From Thermodesulfobacteriota bacterium (GTDB taxonomy: Bacteria > Desulfobacterota_D > UBA1144), in the NCBI GenBank assembly GCA_036337225.1, contig JAYZEP010000006.1, positions 73,771-137,770 of the forward strand: DNA of 64,000 nt, in the 5' to 3' direction. Position 1 is the first letter of the stretch; each line of letters opens with the position of its first letter. The notes beneath the pieces were generated by a model. It searched no databases. It was given only the letters and a program-made list of their open reading frames with translations, and had not been told where the DNA came from. Positions 29,967-40,438 of this stretch are shown here, piece after piece. The position numbers and the translations under genes were made by a program.

Positions 29967-30570
29967 AATAAAAATTTGCGGTATCACCAATATAGACGAT
30001 GCAATTCTATGCTCTGATGTTGGGATTGATTTTATAGGATTAAATTTCTATTCAAAAAGCAAGCGATTTATAGATTTAAAAAAAGCGGAGTTGTTGATCA
30101 ATAAACTCAGCAGTGAAATATTAAAAGTCGGAGTTTTTGTGAATGAAGATATTGCTATAATTAATAATCATGTTAGAAGTTTAGAACTTGATTACGTCCA
30201 GCTGCATGGAGAAGAGCCTCCGGAGACAATAGACAAGATTCAGTGTAAAGTCATTAAGGCTTTTTCTGCCAAACAGGTGAATCTATTTGAATATGTTTCC
30301 CACTTTAACACTGAATACTGGCTCTTTGATTCGTCAGATACCGAACAACGAGGGGGGACAGGAGAGGTTTTTGACTGGAATACAATTTCGGACATTGTTC
30401 CAAGAGAGAAGTTGATTTTGTCTGGAGGGCTAAACGAATCAAACATACAAGAAGCAATGGAAAGAACAAAGATTAATTTTGTTGATATTTGTTCTGGAGT
30501 AGAATTATCTCCTGGAAAGAAGGATGTTAAAAAACTCGAATCTGTTGTAAGATTAGTAAAACATGGCTAA
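29959..30570 (+). CDS. trpF: phosphoribosylanthranilate isomerase
   Basis: IKICGIT...VQLHGEE...LSGGL. ATG at 29959; the ORF extends to TTG 29953. Confidence 0.85.
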   Translation: MNRIKICGITNIDDAILCSDVGIDFIGLNFYSKSKRFIDLKKAELLINKLSSEILKVGVFVNEDIAIINNHVRSLELDYVQLHGEEPPETIDKIQCKVIKAFSAKQVNLFEYVSHFNTEYWLFDSSDTEQRGGTGEVFDWNTISDIVPREKLILSGGLNESNIQEAMERTKINFVDICSGVELSPGKKDVKKLESVVRLVKHG

Positions 30571-31774
30571 AGATTTAAAGAAATACAGGAACTATCCGGA
30601 TAAAAACGGAAGGTTTGGAGATTATGGGGGGAAATTTGTTTCCGAAACTTTAATGCCGGCCCTAGATGAACTTGAAAGAGATTATACAAAGATCAAAAGG
30701 AACAAGGCTTTCAAACTTCAAGTTAATAACTTGCTTAAAAACTTTGTAGGACGACCTACCCCTTTATATTTAGCAGAAAGAGCATCAAAAAATATTGGCG
30801 GTGCAAAAATTTACCTCAAAAGGGAAGACTTGGCCCATACTGGTGCTCATAAAATTAATAACACTGTAGGTCAAGCAATATTAGCAAAAGCTATGGGTAA
30901 AAAAAGGATTATCGCTGAAACCGGCGCAGGACAGCATGGTGTAGCTACCGCAACAGTATGTGCGCTATTGGGGCTTAAATGTGAAGTTTATATGGGCCTA
31001 TTGGATACTTACAGACAATCAATTAATGTTCAGAGGATGGAGCTACTTGGGGCAAAAGTTATCCCCGTAAAATCAGGTTCGCAAACTCTGAAAGACGCGC
31101 TCAATGAAGCATTACGAGATTGGGTAACAAATGTCAAAGATACTTTTTACATAATAGGAAGCGTTGCTGGTCCTCATCCGTATCCAATGATTGTTAGAGA
31201 TTTTCAATCAATAATTGGAAAAGAGGCTCGAAAACAAATTCTTAACATGGAATCAAAATTACCTAATCTCTTGGTTGCTTGTGTTGGTGGTGGCTCTAAT
31301 GCAATTGGATTATTTCATCCATTTTTGAATGATAAAAATGTAAAAATGGTTGGCGTTGAAGCTGGAGGTACTGGTATTAATACTGGTCTACATGCAGCTA
31401 GCATTACTGCGGGAAGTGTTGGCGTACTACACGGAAGCAAGACGTATATCTTGCAAGATCAGTACGGTCAAGTAAAAGAAACTCATTCTGTATCTGCAGG
31501 TCTAGATTATCCTGGTGTTGGACCCGAACACTCTTTTTTAAAGGATACAAAAAGAGTAACTTATACATCAATTAACGACAGACAAGCTGTTAAGGCTCTC
31601 CGGTACTTCTCAGAGAGAGAAGGTATAATAGCTGCTTTAGAAACCTCTCACGCACTTGCCTATGCTCTAACCTCAGCATCCAAAATGAAAAAAAATGAAA
31701 TTATAATTGTTAATCTATCTGGAAGGGGGGATAAAGATTTACAATCTGTTAATGAATTTTTACAACAGAAATAA
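30563..31774 (+). CDS. trpB: tryptophan synthase beta chain
   Basis: PLP-lysine motif [19 protein letters not shown] and GGGSNA. Confidence 0.95.
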   Translation: MAKDLKKYRNYPDKNGRFGDYGGKFVSETLMPALDELERDYTKIKRNKAFKLQVNNLLKNFVGRPTPLYLAERASKNIGGAKIYLKREDLAHTGAHKINNTVGQAILAKAMGKKRIIAETGAGQHGVATATVCALLGLKCEVYMGLLDTYRQSINVQRMELLGAKVIPVKSGSQTLKDALNEALRDWVTNVKDTFYIIGSVAGPHPYPMIVRDFQSIIGKEARKQILNMESKLPNLLVACVGGGSNAIGLFHPFLNDKNVKMVGVEAGGTGINTGLHAASITAGSVGVLHGSKTYILQDQYGQVKETHSVSAGLDYPGVGPEHSFLKDTKRVTYTSINDRQAVKALRYFSEREGIIAALETSHALAYALTSASKMKKNEIIIVNLSGRGDKDLQSVNEFLQQK

Positions 31775-31788
31775 ACTCTTGGGCGAAC

Positions 31789-32586
31789 ATGACACTAATT
31801 GATACAATAAGAAAGAGTAACAATGAAGGAAAATCATGTTTGATAACTTACGTTACCGCCGGTGATCCTGACATTGACACCTCTTACAAAATTTTAGAAT
31901 CATTATCTAACAATGGAGCTGATATTATCGAACTTGGAATACCATTTTCGGATCCAATTTCAGATGGTCCAACGATTCAGAAAGCGTCCGAGAGAGCATT
32001 GAGCAATAAAATGACCATACCTATTGCGTTAGACATGATAAAAAAATTCAGACGAAGCTATCAAACTCCAATAATTGTATTTGGATACTTTAATCCTTTT
32101 CTGCAATACGGGCTAAAAAAAGTTATGAAAGATATTAGAAAGGTAGGAGCAGAAGGAGTGCTGATAGTAGATCTACCCCCAGAAGAATCATTTGAAACTC
32201 AGTTGGCCGCAGATTATGCCGGGCTCGAATTAGTTTATTTGTTAGCCCCAACGAGTACAAAAGAAAGAATTGGCATCGTATCAAAATTGTCCAATTCCTT
32301 TATTTATCTAGTATCGGTTACAGGAGTAACCGGTGTAAGAAAAAAGTTAGACAAAAACCTACAAAGCTTTATTGCAAACATAAAACAAAAAACGAACAAG
32401 CCTGTCTGTGTTGGATTTGGAATATCTGAGCCTGCGCACGTTAAACAACTAAAAACAAAGTGCGATGGGATTGTCATAGGTAGTGCTATCATAAGCATTA
32501 TTGAGAACAATTTAAGGAAAAAAGGCCAAATTATCAGTAAAATTTCAAATTTTATCTCGAAAATCAAAAAATCAACTTTTATTTAA
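31789..32586 (+). CDS. trpA: tryptophan synthase alpha chain
   Basis: YVTAGDP...ELGIPFSDPISDGPTIQ...GFGIS. Confidence 0.9.
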   Translation: MTLIDTIRKSNNEGKSCLITYVTAGDPDIDTSYKILESLSNNGADIIELGIPFSDPISDGPTIQKASERALSNKMTIPIALDMIKKFRRSYQTPIIVFGYFNPFLQYGLKKVMKDIRKVGAEGVLIVDLPPEESFETQLAADYAGLELVYLLAPTSTKERIGIVSKLSNSFIYLVSVTGVTGVRKKLDKNLQSFIANIKQKTNKPVCVGFGISEPAHVKQLKTKCDGIVIGSAIISIIENNLRKKGQIISKISNFISKIKKSTFI

Positions 32587-32632
32587 GTACTTTAATACTC
32601 CAAAAATATATGGCAATCTATATGAGTCTATT

Positions 32633-32647
32633 AGCTACATAGTAGCT
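32633..32647. promoter_or_regulatory. 15-bp palindrome upstream of the first ligase gene (candidate operator or weak hairpin)
   Basis: AGCTAC-ATA-GTAGCT has perfect 6-bp arms, 38 nt upstream of ATG 32685. No U-tract follows, so it is a poor terminator. Confidence 0.25.
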
Positions 32648-32684
32648 TAATAGCTTGATTAATTTGCAATAAGGGGTGGTAACT

Positions 32685-34412
32685 ATGCAACTATTATTTA
32701 AAACTCGTTCGGCTGAATACACAGGTAGTGGTTCTCTTCCGAACGGCTCATTCGACGACACTTCGGCTTGGAAGCCGATGACAAAATATTTAGAAGATGG
32801 GGCTGTCAATTATCCCGATAAGCCTATGTTTAAAATTGCTGACACGGAAGGAAACGTAGTCGAAACCTATTCATATAAGGAAACAAACGACAAAGCTAAT
32901 CAGGTCGCAAATGGATTAATTGACAAAGTTGGAGTTAAAAAGGGCGATAAAGTTGGCATGTATATGCTTAACTGTGCTGAATTTGTTCTTTCAATTCTTG
33001 CAATCCATAAAACTGGCGCAATCCAAGTTCCAATCAATAAGGACGAGAAAGGCGAAAGACTTGCTTATATAATTAACTATTCTGATCAAGTTGCGCTAGT
33101 TGTTGATTCTTCTGGTTTACCACTTATTCAAGAAATAGCAGACCAACTAGAAAATCTAAAGGTTGTCTATGTAACAGGTGAACCATCTGAAGTACCTGAC
33201 AAGATTGGCGATATAGCCGCTGAACCTTTCAATAATCTTCAAGAATTTTCAACTGACAATCCTAATGTAGATGTAAAGATTAGCGATAAAGAAAGGTGCA
33301 TGTTCACATCTGGAACTACCGGCAAGCCTAAAGGCGTTGTTCGAGAGCATGGTGGAGTTGTTTTAACCGTTAGAGCATACCTGCAACAACAAGGAATTAG
33401 AAATGATGATATCATGATGAGCGTCCTTTCTTTGGGGCATGCAAATGCTCAAGCCATGTGCCTATTTACTTCTATCGGTGCTGGAGCTACTGCTGTATTT
33501 TTTCCAAGATTCTCTGCATCAAACTTCTTTAAGTGGGCTCATAATTGTGGAGCAACTTGCGTTAATATGCTAGGCGCTGTCGCGGAGTATCTTTTCTCCT
33601 CTAAACCTAGTGAGTATGATCAAAAACACAATATTAGAATAATGCTTGGCTCTCCTGCTCCAAGAAACTTAATAGATTTTCAGGACAGATTTAACGTGAG
33701 AGTCATAGATGGGTATGGCTCAACTGAGATGGGGATGGTTTTATGGAAAAATCCAGAGGACAATAGAGATAAATCTATGGGCTATCCTACCGAAGGTTTT
33801 TATGTTGAATTAAGGGATCCGGAGAATATCGAGGAAGTTATAAGACCTCATTGGGACCCGTACACTGATCCCGATCCACCAGATTCAGCTAAAGGGATTC
33901 TATATATTAGACCACTGATAGCAAATACAACTCTTAATGAGTATTTTAAAGACGAAAGAAGAACAATAGAGGCATTTGATGATGATGGATTTTTTAATTC
34001 AGATGATGTTATGGCCTGTGGAACCGATGGAAGATATTATTTTGTCGGTAGGCATACTCGACTGAGAGTCTCTGGAGAAAATGTTGACCCTATAGCTGTT
34101 CAGGATTACGCACTAGAATATCCTGCTATTCAAGATGCTATAGCTGTAGGTCTTAGGCTTCCTGATGTATCAGATGATGAATTAAAGCTTAATATTATAT
34201 TAAAAGACGGTGAAAAATATGACCACGCTGAGTTTTGCACTTGGATGGCAGAAAAAGTTATCATTGCTATGGTTCCAAGATTTATAGAAATTTTTGAAGG
34301 AGGATTTCCAGTTACCGCTACACAAAAAATAAAGGTCGCTGAACTTAAAGAAATCACTGATAAGACTTGGGATAGAGCAAAGGCCGGACTCAAATTTAGC
34401 GCAAGAAAATAA
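32685..34412 (+). CDS. AMP-forming acyl-CoA synthetase/ligase (ANL superfamily), paralog 1
   Basis: AMP-binding motifs FTSGTTGKPKGV and GYGSTEMG. ATG at 32685 is preceded by AAGGGGTGG. The ORF extends to GTG 32676. Confidence 0.85.
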   Translation: MQLLFKTRSAEYTGSGSLPNGSFDDTSAWKPMTKYLEDGAVNYPDKPMFKIADTEGNVVETYSYKETNDKANQVANGLIDKVGVKKGDKVGMYMLNCAEFVLSILAIHKTGAIQVPINKDEKGERLAYIINYSDQVALVVDSSGLPLIQEIADQLENLKVVYVTGEPSEVPDKIGDIAAEPFNNLQEFSTDNPNVDVKISDKERCMFTSGTTGKPKGVVREHGGVVLTVRAYLQQQGIRNDDIMMSVLSLGHANAQAMCLFTSIGAGATAVFFPRFSASNFFKWAHNCGATCVNMLGAVAEYLFSSKPSEYDQKHNIRIMLGSPAPRNLIDFQDRFNVRVIDGYGSTEMGMVLWKNPEDNRDKSMGYPTEGFYVELRDPENIEEVIRPHWDPYTDPDPPDSAKGILYIRPLIANTTLNEYFKDERRTIEAFDDDGFFNSDDVMACGTDGRYYFVGRHTRLRVSGENVDPIAVQDYALEYPAIQDAIAVGLRLPDVSDDELKLNIILKDGEKYDHAEFCTWMAEKVIIAMVPRFIEIFEGGFPVTATQKIKVAELKEITDKTWDRAKAGLKFSARK

Positions 34413-34417
34413 TTAAT

Positions 34418-36142
34418 ATGAGACTTTTTTTTCGACCTGTAGACAAAAAATATTTGGGGCAAGGAGAGCTTCCAAATGGAACTTTTGATGATACTTCTAC
34501 ATGGAAGCCAATTACAAAGTATTTAGAAGATGGGGCTGTTAATTATCCCGACAAGCCTATGTTTAAAATAGCAAATGCTGAGGGAGCGGTTATTGAAACC
34601 TACTCATATAAAGAAACAAACGACAAAGCTAATCAGGTCGCAAATGGATTAATTGGCAAAGTTGGAGTTAAAAAAGGCGATAAAGTTGGCATGTATATGA
34701 TTAACTGTGCTGAATTTGTTCTTTCAATTCTTGCAATCCATAAAACTGGTGGTGTCCAGGTTCCCATAAATAAAGATGAAAAAGGCGAAAGGCTTGCATA
34801 TGTAATAAATTATTCTGAAATGATTGCTCTGGTCGTTGATCCTTCTGGTTTACCACTTATTCAAGAAATAGCAGACCAACTAGAAAATCTAAAGGTTGTC
34901 TATGTAACAGGTGAACCATCTGAAGTACCTGACAAGATTGGCGATATAGCTGCTGAGCCATTCAATAATCTTTATGAATTTTCAACTGATAATCCAAATA
35001 TCGAAGTGTCAATCAAAGATCAAGAACGATGTATGTTCACATCGGGAACCACAGGTCTGCCAAAAGGCGTTGTTCGAGAACATGGTGGAATAATAATGAC
35101 AGTAAGGAGCTATTTGCAACAAGGAGTTGGCTCTGAAGATATCATGATGAGCGTCCTTTCTTTGGGGCACGCAAATGCTCAAGCCATGTGTTTGTTCAGC
35201 TCTATAGGTGCAGGAGCTACAGCTATATTTTTTCCAAGATTCTCTGCATCTAATTTTTTCAAATGGGCACATAATTGTGGAGCAACAATAACAAACTTCT
35301 TAGGTGCGGTATCTGAATATTTATGGTCTTCAAAGCCTAGCGAGTATGACAAAAAGCATAATGTCAGATTTGTCCTAGCAGGCCCTGCCCCAAAGAACTT
35401 GAAAGAGTTCGAAGAAAGATTTGGTTTAAAGATTATTGAGGGTTATGGTTCAACAGAGATGGGAATGCCTTTATGGAAATATGCAGAAGATGAAAGGACA
35501 GGGTCTTGTGGTTATACAGTAGATGGCTATTATCTAGAAATTAGGAACCCAGAGGATATCGAAGAAGTTATAAAGCCCCATTGGAATCCTGAATTAGAAA
35601 AATCCCCACCTGAAAGCGCAAAAGGGCTTCTTTTTATTCGGCCACTAGTTCCTAATACAACTCTCAATGAATATTTCAAAGACGAGAGAAGAACGAGGGA
35701 AGCATTTGATGATGACGGATTCTTTAATTCGGATGATATTTTTGCTGCCGGTACAGATGGAAGATATTATTTTCAAGGTAGATATTCTCGATTAAGAGTC
35801 TCTGGAGAAAATGTTGATCCTATCGCAGTTGCTGATTACGCATTAGAATATCCTGCTATTCAAGATGCTATAGCCGTCGGTGTTAGACTCCCTGATGTAT
35901 CAGATGACGAATTGAAGCTTAATATTATAATAAAAGATGGTGAAAAATTTGACCACGCTGAATTTTGCACATGGATGGCAGAAAAAGCTATAATTGCTAT
36001 GGTTCCAAGATTTATAGAAATCTTTGAAGGCGGGTTTCCTATGACCGCGTCTCAAAAAGTAAAAGTAGCTGAACTTAAGGAAATCAATGATAAAACTTGG
36101 GATAGAGCAAAAACTGGGCTCAAGTTTAGTGCAAGAAAATAA
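34418..36142 (+). CDS. AMP-forming acyl-CoA synthetase/ligase (ANL superfamily), paralog 2
   Basis: FTSGTTGLPKGV and GYGSTEMG. Collinear with paralog 1 over its full length, roughly four-fifths identical by eye. Confidence 0.85.
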   Translation: MRLFFRPVDKKYLGQGELPNGTFDDTSTWKPITKYLEDGAVNYPDKPMFKIANAEGAVIETYSYKETNDKANQVANGLIGKVGVKKGDKVGMYMINCAEFVLSILAIHKTGGVQVPINKDEKGERLAYVINYSEMIALVVDPSGLPLIQEIADQLENLKVVYVTGEPSEVPDKIGDIAAEPFNNLYEFSTDNPNIEVSIKDQERCMFTSGTTGLPKGVVREHGGIIMTVRSYLQQGVGSEDIMMSVLSLGHANAQAMCLFSSIGAGATAIFFPRFSASNFFKWAHNCGATITNFLGAVSEYLWSSKPSEYDKKHNVRFVLAGPAPKNLKEFEERFGLKIIEGYGSTEMGMPLWKYAEDERTGSCGYTVDGYYLEIRNPEDIEEVIKPHWNPELEKSPPESAKGLLFIRPLVPNTTLNEYFKDERRTREAFDDDGFFNSDDIFAAGTDGRYYFQGRYSRLRVSGENVDPIAVADYALEYPAIQDAIAVGVRLPDVSDDELKLNIIIKDGEKFDHAEFCTWMAEKAIIAMVPRFIEIFEGGFPMTASQKVKVAELKEINDKTWDRAKTGLKFSARK

Positions 36143-36148
36143 CTAATA

Positions 36149-36165
36149 TTGGCACGAATCTTGCT
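36149..36165 (+). promoter_or_regulatory. sigma-54 (-24/-12) promoter for glnB-glnA
   Basis: TTGGCACGAATCTTGCT matches the consensus YTGGCACGrNNNTTGCW at every specified position. It lies 90 nt upstream of the glnB ATG. Confidence 0.7.
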
Positions 36166-36233
36166 CCTATCTAGTAAAGAAATGTAGCTTTTTGTAATAT
36201 TTCTTTGAAATGTGTCATAATAAAGATACATAA

Positions 36234-36593
<360 letters not shown>

Positions 36594-36637
36594 AATATTG
36601 GATTTGTCATAAACGTGGAATTTAACGGAGGTGTTTC

Positions 36638-38056
36638 ATGGGTTATAACGTTAATGGTGTATTAAAACTTATTAAGTCAAAGAAAATTGAGATAGTTGAC
36701 TTGAGATTTGCCGATTTATTGGGGACCTGGCAACATACTTCTTTCCCCGTTTCCGAAATAGATGCAGGAGTATTTAAAGATGGTTTAGGATTTGATGGTT
36801 CAAGCGTACGAATATGGCAGGATATAAATAATAGCGACATGCTAATTGTCCCTGATCCTTCAACTGCTGTCATAGATCCATTTACAGCGCACCCTACTCT
36901 ATCAATAATATGCGACGTTAAAGATGCGGTAACGAAGAAAAGTTACGATAAAGATCCAAGATATGTCGCCACAAAAGCTGAAAAATATCTTAAAAAAAGT
37001 GGGGTTGGTGATACAGCATATTTTGGCCCTGAGTTAGAATTTTTTATGTTTGATGATGTTCGATACGAATCGTCAGCAAATGAAGCATTTTATTCTGTAG
37101 ATTCAGTAGAGGGAGAATGGAATTCAGGTGCGGACGAAGTACCAAATTTAGGACATAAAATTCGGTACAAGGAAGGATATTTCCCTACTTCACCCAACGA
37201 TACATATCAAGATGTTAGATCAGAAATGGTAAAAGTTATGCAGGAATGCGGAATCAAGGTCGAATGTCACCATCACGAAGTTGGTGGGCCAGGACAAGCT
37301 GAAATTGATATGAGCTATGCTCCATTAAAAACAATGGCTGACAATGTTATGTGGTACAAATATATTGTAAAAAATGTGGCTAAACTTCACGGAAAATCAG
37401 CGACTTTTATGCCTAAGCCCGTATATGTTGATAATGGCTCAGGAATGCACATACATCAGTCAATATGGAAGGGCTCCAGTCCTTTATTTGCAGGAAAGAA
37501 GTATGCCGGACTAAGTGAAACAGCCTTACACTATATTGGCGGAGTCTTAAAGCATGCAAGAGCTATATGCGCATTCTCAAATTCTACTATCAATTCATAC
37601 AAGAGGCTAGTTCCAGGGTATGAAGCACCTATTATTCTTGCCCACTCTGCAAGGAATAGAAGCGCTGCTGTAAGAATACCAATGTATTCAACCAATCCAA
37701 AAGCAAAAAGAATCGAGACCAGGTGGCCAGATCCAGCAGGAAATTGCTATTTGATATTCGCTGCTTTATTAATGGCTGGACTAGATGGGATTAAAAACAA
37801 AATAAAGCCTACTCCAGAATTAGAAAAAGATATCTATACTCTTTCCCAAAAAGAACTTGGCAGATATCCTTCGGTGCCCGCTTCGCTCGATGAAGCACTA
37901 GATGCATTAAAGAAAGACCATAAGTTTCTTCTTGAGGGAGATGTATTCACAGACGATTTAATACAATCCTACATAGACTATAAAATGGATGAAGAAGTTA
38001 CACCTTGGAGAGCAAGGCCCAATCCGTTTGAATTCGTTATGTACTATAGTGTCTAA
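36638..38056 (+). CDS. glnA: glutamine synthetase type I
   Basis: 472 aa. [48 protein letters not shown] and the [12 protein letters not shown] blocks. Confidence 0.95.
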   Translation: MGYNVNGVLKLIKSKKIEIVDLRFADLLGTWQHTSFPVSEIDAGVFKDGLGFDGSSVRIWQDINNSDMLIVPDPSTAVIDPFTAHPTLSIICDVKDAVTKKSYDKDPRYVATKAEKYLKKSGVGDTAYFGPELEFFMFDDVRYESSANEAFYSVDSVEGEWNSGADEVPNLGHKIRYKEGYFPTSPNDTYQDVRSEMVKVMQECGIKVECHHHEVGGPGQAEIDMSYAPLKTMADNVMWYKYIVKNVAKLHGKSATFMPKPVYVDNGSGMHIHQSIWKGSSPLFAGKKYAGLSETALHYIGGVLKHARAICAFSNSTINSYKRLVPGYEAPIILAHSARNRSAAVRIPMYSTNPKAKRIETRWPDPAGNCYLIFAALLMAGLDGIKNKIKPTPELEKDIYTLSQKELGRYPSVPASLDEALDALKKDHKFLLEGDVFTDDLIQSYIDYKMDEEVTPWRARPNPFEFVMYYSV

Positions 38057-38089
38057 AGAATTTTGAAGTTATATTCAGACTCTAGGATT

Positions 38090-38752
38090 TTATCGTTTTT
38101 TGTGGACTCCGACTTTTTTGCATAAATTGCCTATGCTACACTCACTACAAATGGGCGATATAGGTCTACAGACTTTTTGTCCATAAAAAACTAGTAAGGA
38201 ATTTATAGCTGACCAGAATTTTGACGGGAGTTTCTTTCTAAGTTCAAACTCAGTTTGATCAGGAGTTTGAGTTTGTACATATCCGATACGATTAAAGATT
38301 CTATGGACATGGGTATCAACACAGATTCCTGGTTTGTTATATCCAAGAATAACAACAAGATTAGCGGTCTTTCTCCCAACCCCTTTAAACTTAAGGAGTT
38401 CTTGAATAGAACTAGGAGTTTTACCATCATAATCGTACAAAATCTTTCTGGATATTTCCTTTATTGTCTTTGCCTTATTCCTGAAGAAACCACAAGGATA
38501 AATGGCTGTTTGAATTTTATGAGTTGAAAGCTTAGATATGGCGTGAGGAGTTGATCCTAGTTTAAATAATCTCTTTGAAGACTCATAGGTAACCTCATCT
38601 TTGGTTCGTAAGCTTATAATTGTTGATATTAAAACTTTGAACGGATCTCTTTTCTTGTTAAGTTCAACGAAGCTCTCAACCGCCGTAGGCTCAGCATTCT
38701 TTCTAGCAAGCTGCATCTTTGTGATTATTTTCTCAATATTAGTCTTAGACAT
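38090..38752 (-). CDS. nth: endonuclease III
   Basis: HhH-GPD motif (GVGRKTANLV...VDTHV) and a C-terminal 4Fe-4S cluster C-x6-C-x2-C-x5-C (CRPISPICSECSIGNLC). Confidence 0.9.
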   Translation of the reverse strand: MSKTNIEKIITKMQLARKNAEPTAVESFVELNKKRDPFKVLISTIISLRTKDEVTYESSKRLFKLGSTPHAISKLSTHKIQTAIYPCGFFRNKAKTIKEISRKILYDYDGKTPSSIQELLKFKGVGRKTANLVVILGYNKPGICVDTHVHRIFNRIGYVQTQTPDQTEFELRKKLPSKFWSAINSLLVFYGQKVCRPISPICSECSIGNLCKKVGVHKKR

Positions 38753-38806
38753 AATAATTAAAGTTAGCAGATTTTCTATGTTAACAAAATCAGATAAGAT
38801 AAAGAA

Positions 38807-40438
38807 ATGGACTTAGAGAAAGATGCATTATCAGGACTTCCTGGCGAGCCCGGTGTATACATCTTTAAAAACAAGCAGAATGAGACTTTGTATGTTGGAA
38901 AGGCAAAAAATCTTAAAAAGAGAGTGAAGTCGTATTTTTCTAAATCAAAAGACTCTAGAATAAGTATCAACTTTTTGATGCAAGAGGTCCAAAGCGTGGA
39001 CTTTATATCTACAAATAACGAAGAGGATGCTTTGATTCTTGAAAACAAAACAATCAAGGCAAGACAGCCTAAGTATAATATTCTCTTAAAAGATGATAAG
39101 ACTTATGCATCATTAAGAATAGAATTGAAAAAATCTTATCCGAGGATTTCTATAGTTAGAAAATGTGATGATAAGGATTCAATATACTTGGGACCATTTA
39201 AATCCTCAAACAGTTTATATAACACAAAAAGATTGTTTCAAAAGATGTTTGGAATCCGTGATTGCACTGATAATAAATACAATAGACATCGTCATAGGGC
39301 TTGCATATATAAGGACATTGATTTATGCATAGGTCCTTGCGACGATAGCTCTTTAAAAAAATCCTATATGGAAAATATATCTTCGATAAAAGAGATATTT
39401 AAAGGAAAAGTTGGTGGACTCAGCAAACAAGTTGCGAAGAATATGGATCTAATGGCGGAAGAAGAAAGATTTGAAGAAGCAGCTTTTTATAGAGATCAGT
39501 TTGAATTATTAAATAAAAATTACTTATTTGATATAAGATCAGTAGAAAAATTAAAAAATTTAGATGTAGTAGGGTTTTATGTTTCAAAGAAGAAAGTGCA
39601 GATCGTTATCTTATTTTTTAGAGGTGGATATATCATTGATAAAGCCGACTTCTACTTCGGAAGCAAAACAAAGCATCAAGATATTGAAATTTATCAAATA
39701 ATTTCACAATTTTATTCGAAAAAATTATCAATCCCAAAGCAAATTTTATTGCCTAACAACTTTCAATATATCAATGAACTTAAGGAAGATTTATCTGCTG
39801 CCTCATTATCAAACATAAGTATAAAAGTTGCTCGACGAGGAAAAAATATTAGGCTTGCAGAATTGGCATTCCAGAATGCAAAAAACTATATAAAAAGCAA
39901 TATAAAATCGGAAAAAGAAATTGATTTCAATCTGGAGAACATAAAGAAAATTTTAGGCTTAGACAGTACCCCAAGAAGAATTGAGTGTTTCGATATATCA
40001 AACACACAAGGATCAAATCCCGTTGGGTCAATGGTAACATTTATCAACGGCAGGCCTAATAAGAGTTTATACAAGAGATTCAAAGTACAAACTCAAGGCC
40101 CTAATGATTATGCAATGATGGAAGAAGTTGTTTCAAGAAGATTAAAAAGAGTCGGACAAACTGGATGGGAAAAACCAGATTTGATATTAATAGATGGAGG
40201 CAAGGGACATCTAAACAAGATATATAGAATACTAAATAGTGATATAGGTATAGCTTCTATCGCGAAACCCAGTAAGTCCGCAAAAATAGACAGGATTTAT
40301 TTGCCACATAAAAAAGCTTCGATTGACTTTAGTGGCAATCTAGAAGAATTAAAAATTTTAATCAATGCCCGAGATGAAGCACACAGATTTGCAATCACAT
40401 TCCATAAACTCAAGAGAAAAGAGGCGATGTTCTTATAA
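38807..40438 (+). CDS. uvrC: excinuclease ABC subunit C (lacks the C-terminal HhH2 domain)
   Basis: GIY-YIG (PGVYIFKN...LYVGKAKNLKKRVKSYF), a UvrB-interacting region and the RNase-H-like endonuclease domain (FDISN...IDGGKG...RDEAHRFAI). The ORF ends 13 aa after this last motif. Confidence 0.9.
   Translation: MDLEKDALSGLPGEPGVYIFKNKQNETLYVGKAKNLKKRVKSYFSKSKDSRISINFLMQEVQSVDFISTNNEEDALILENKTIKARQPKYNILLKDDKTYASLRIELKKSYPRISIVRKCDDKDSIYLGPFKSSNSLYNTKRLFQKMFGIRDCTDNKYNRHRHRACIYKDIDLCIGPCDDSSLKKSYMENISSIKEIFKGKVGGLSKQVAKNMDLMAEEERFEEAAFYRDQFELLNKNYLFDIRSVEKLKNLDVVGFYVSKKKVQIVILFFRGGYIIDKADFYFGSKTKHQDIEIYQIISQFYSKKLSIPKQILLPNNFQYINELKEDLSAASLSNISIKVARRGKNIRLAELAFQNAKNYIKSNIKSEKEIDFNLENIKKILGLDSTPRRIECFDISNTQGSNPVGSMVTFINGRPNKSLYKRFKVQTQGPNDYAMMEEVVSRRLKRVGQTGWEKPDLILIDGGKGHLNKIYRILNSDIGIASIAKPSKSAKIDRIYLPHKKASIDFSGNLEELKILINARDEAHRFAITFHKLKRKEAMFL

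Larger units (their letters stand above)
32685..36142 (+). repeat. tandem gene duplication with a 1733-bp period
   Basis: Nucleotide block 33109-33217 is identical to 34842-34950 (109/109). Block 32880-33016 matches 34613-34749 with 3 mismatches in 137 nt. Both pairs are offset by 1733 nt. Confidence 0.9.

Noticed and set aside
35966-35980. TGCACATGGATGGCA inside ligase paralog 2 as an NtrC-like enhancer half-site pair for the sigma-54 promoter.
   Set aside because: The same sequence context occurs in paralog 1 because it encodes the conserved peptide EFCTWMAEK. The right half-site is also imperfect. I cannot separate regulatory from coding constraint by eye.
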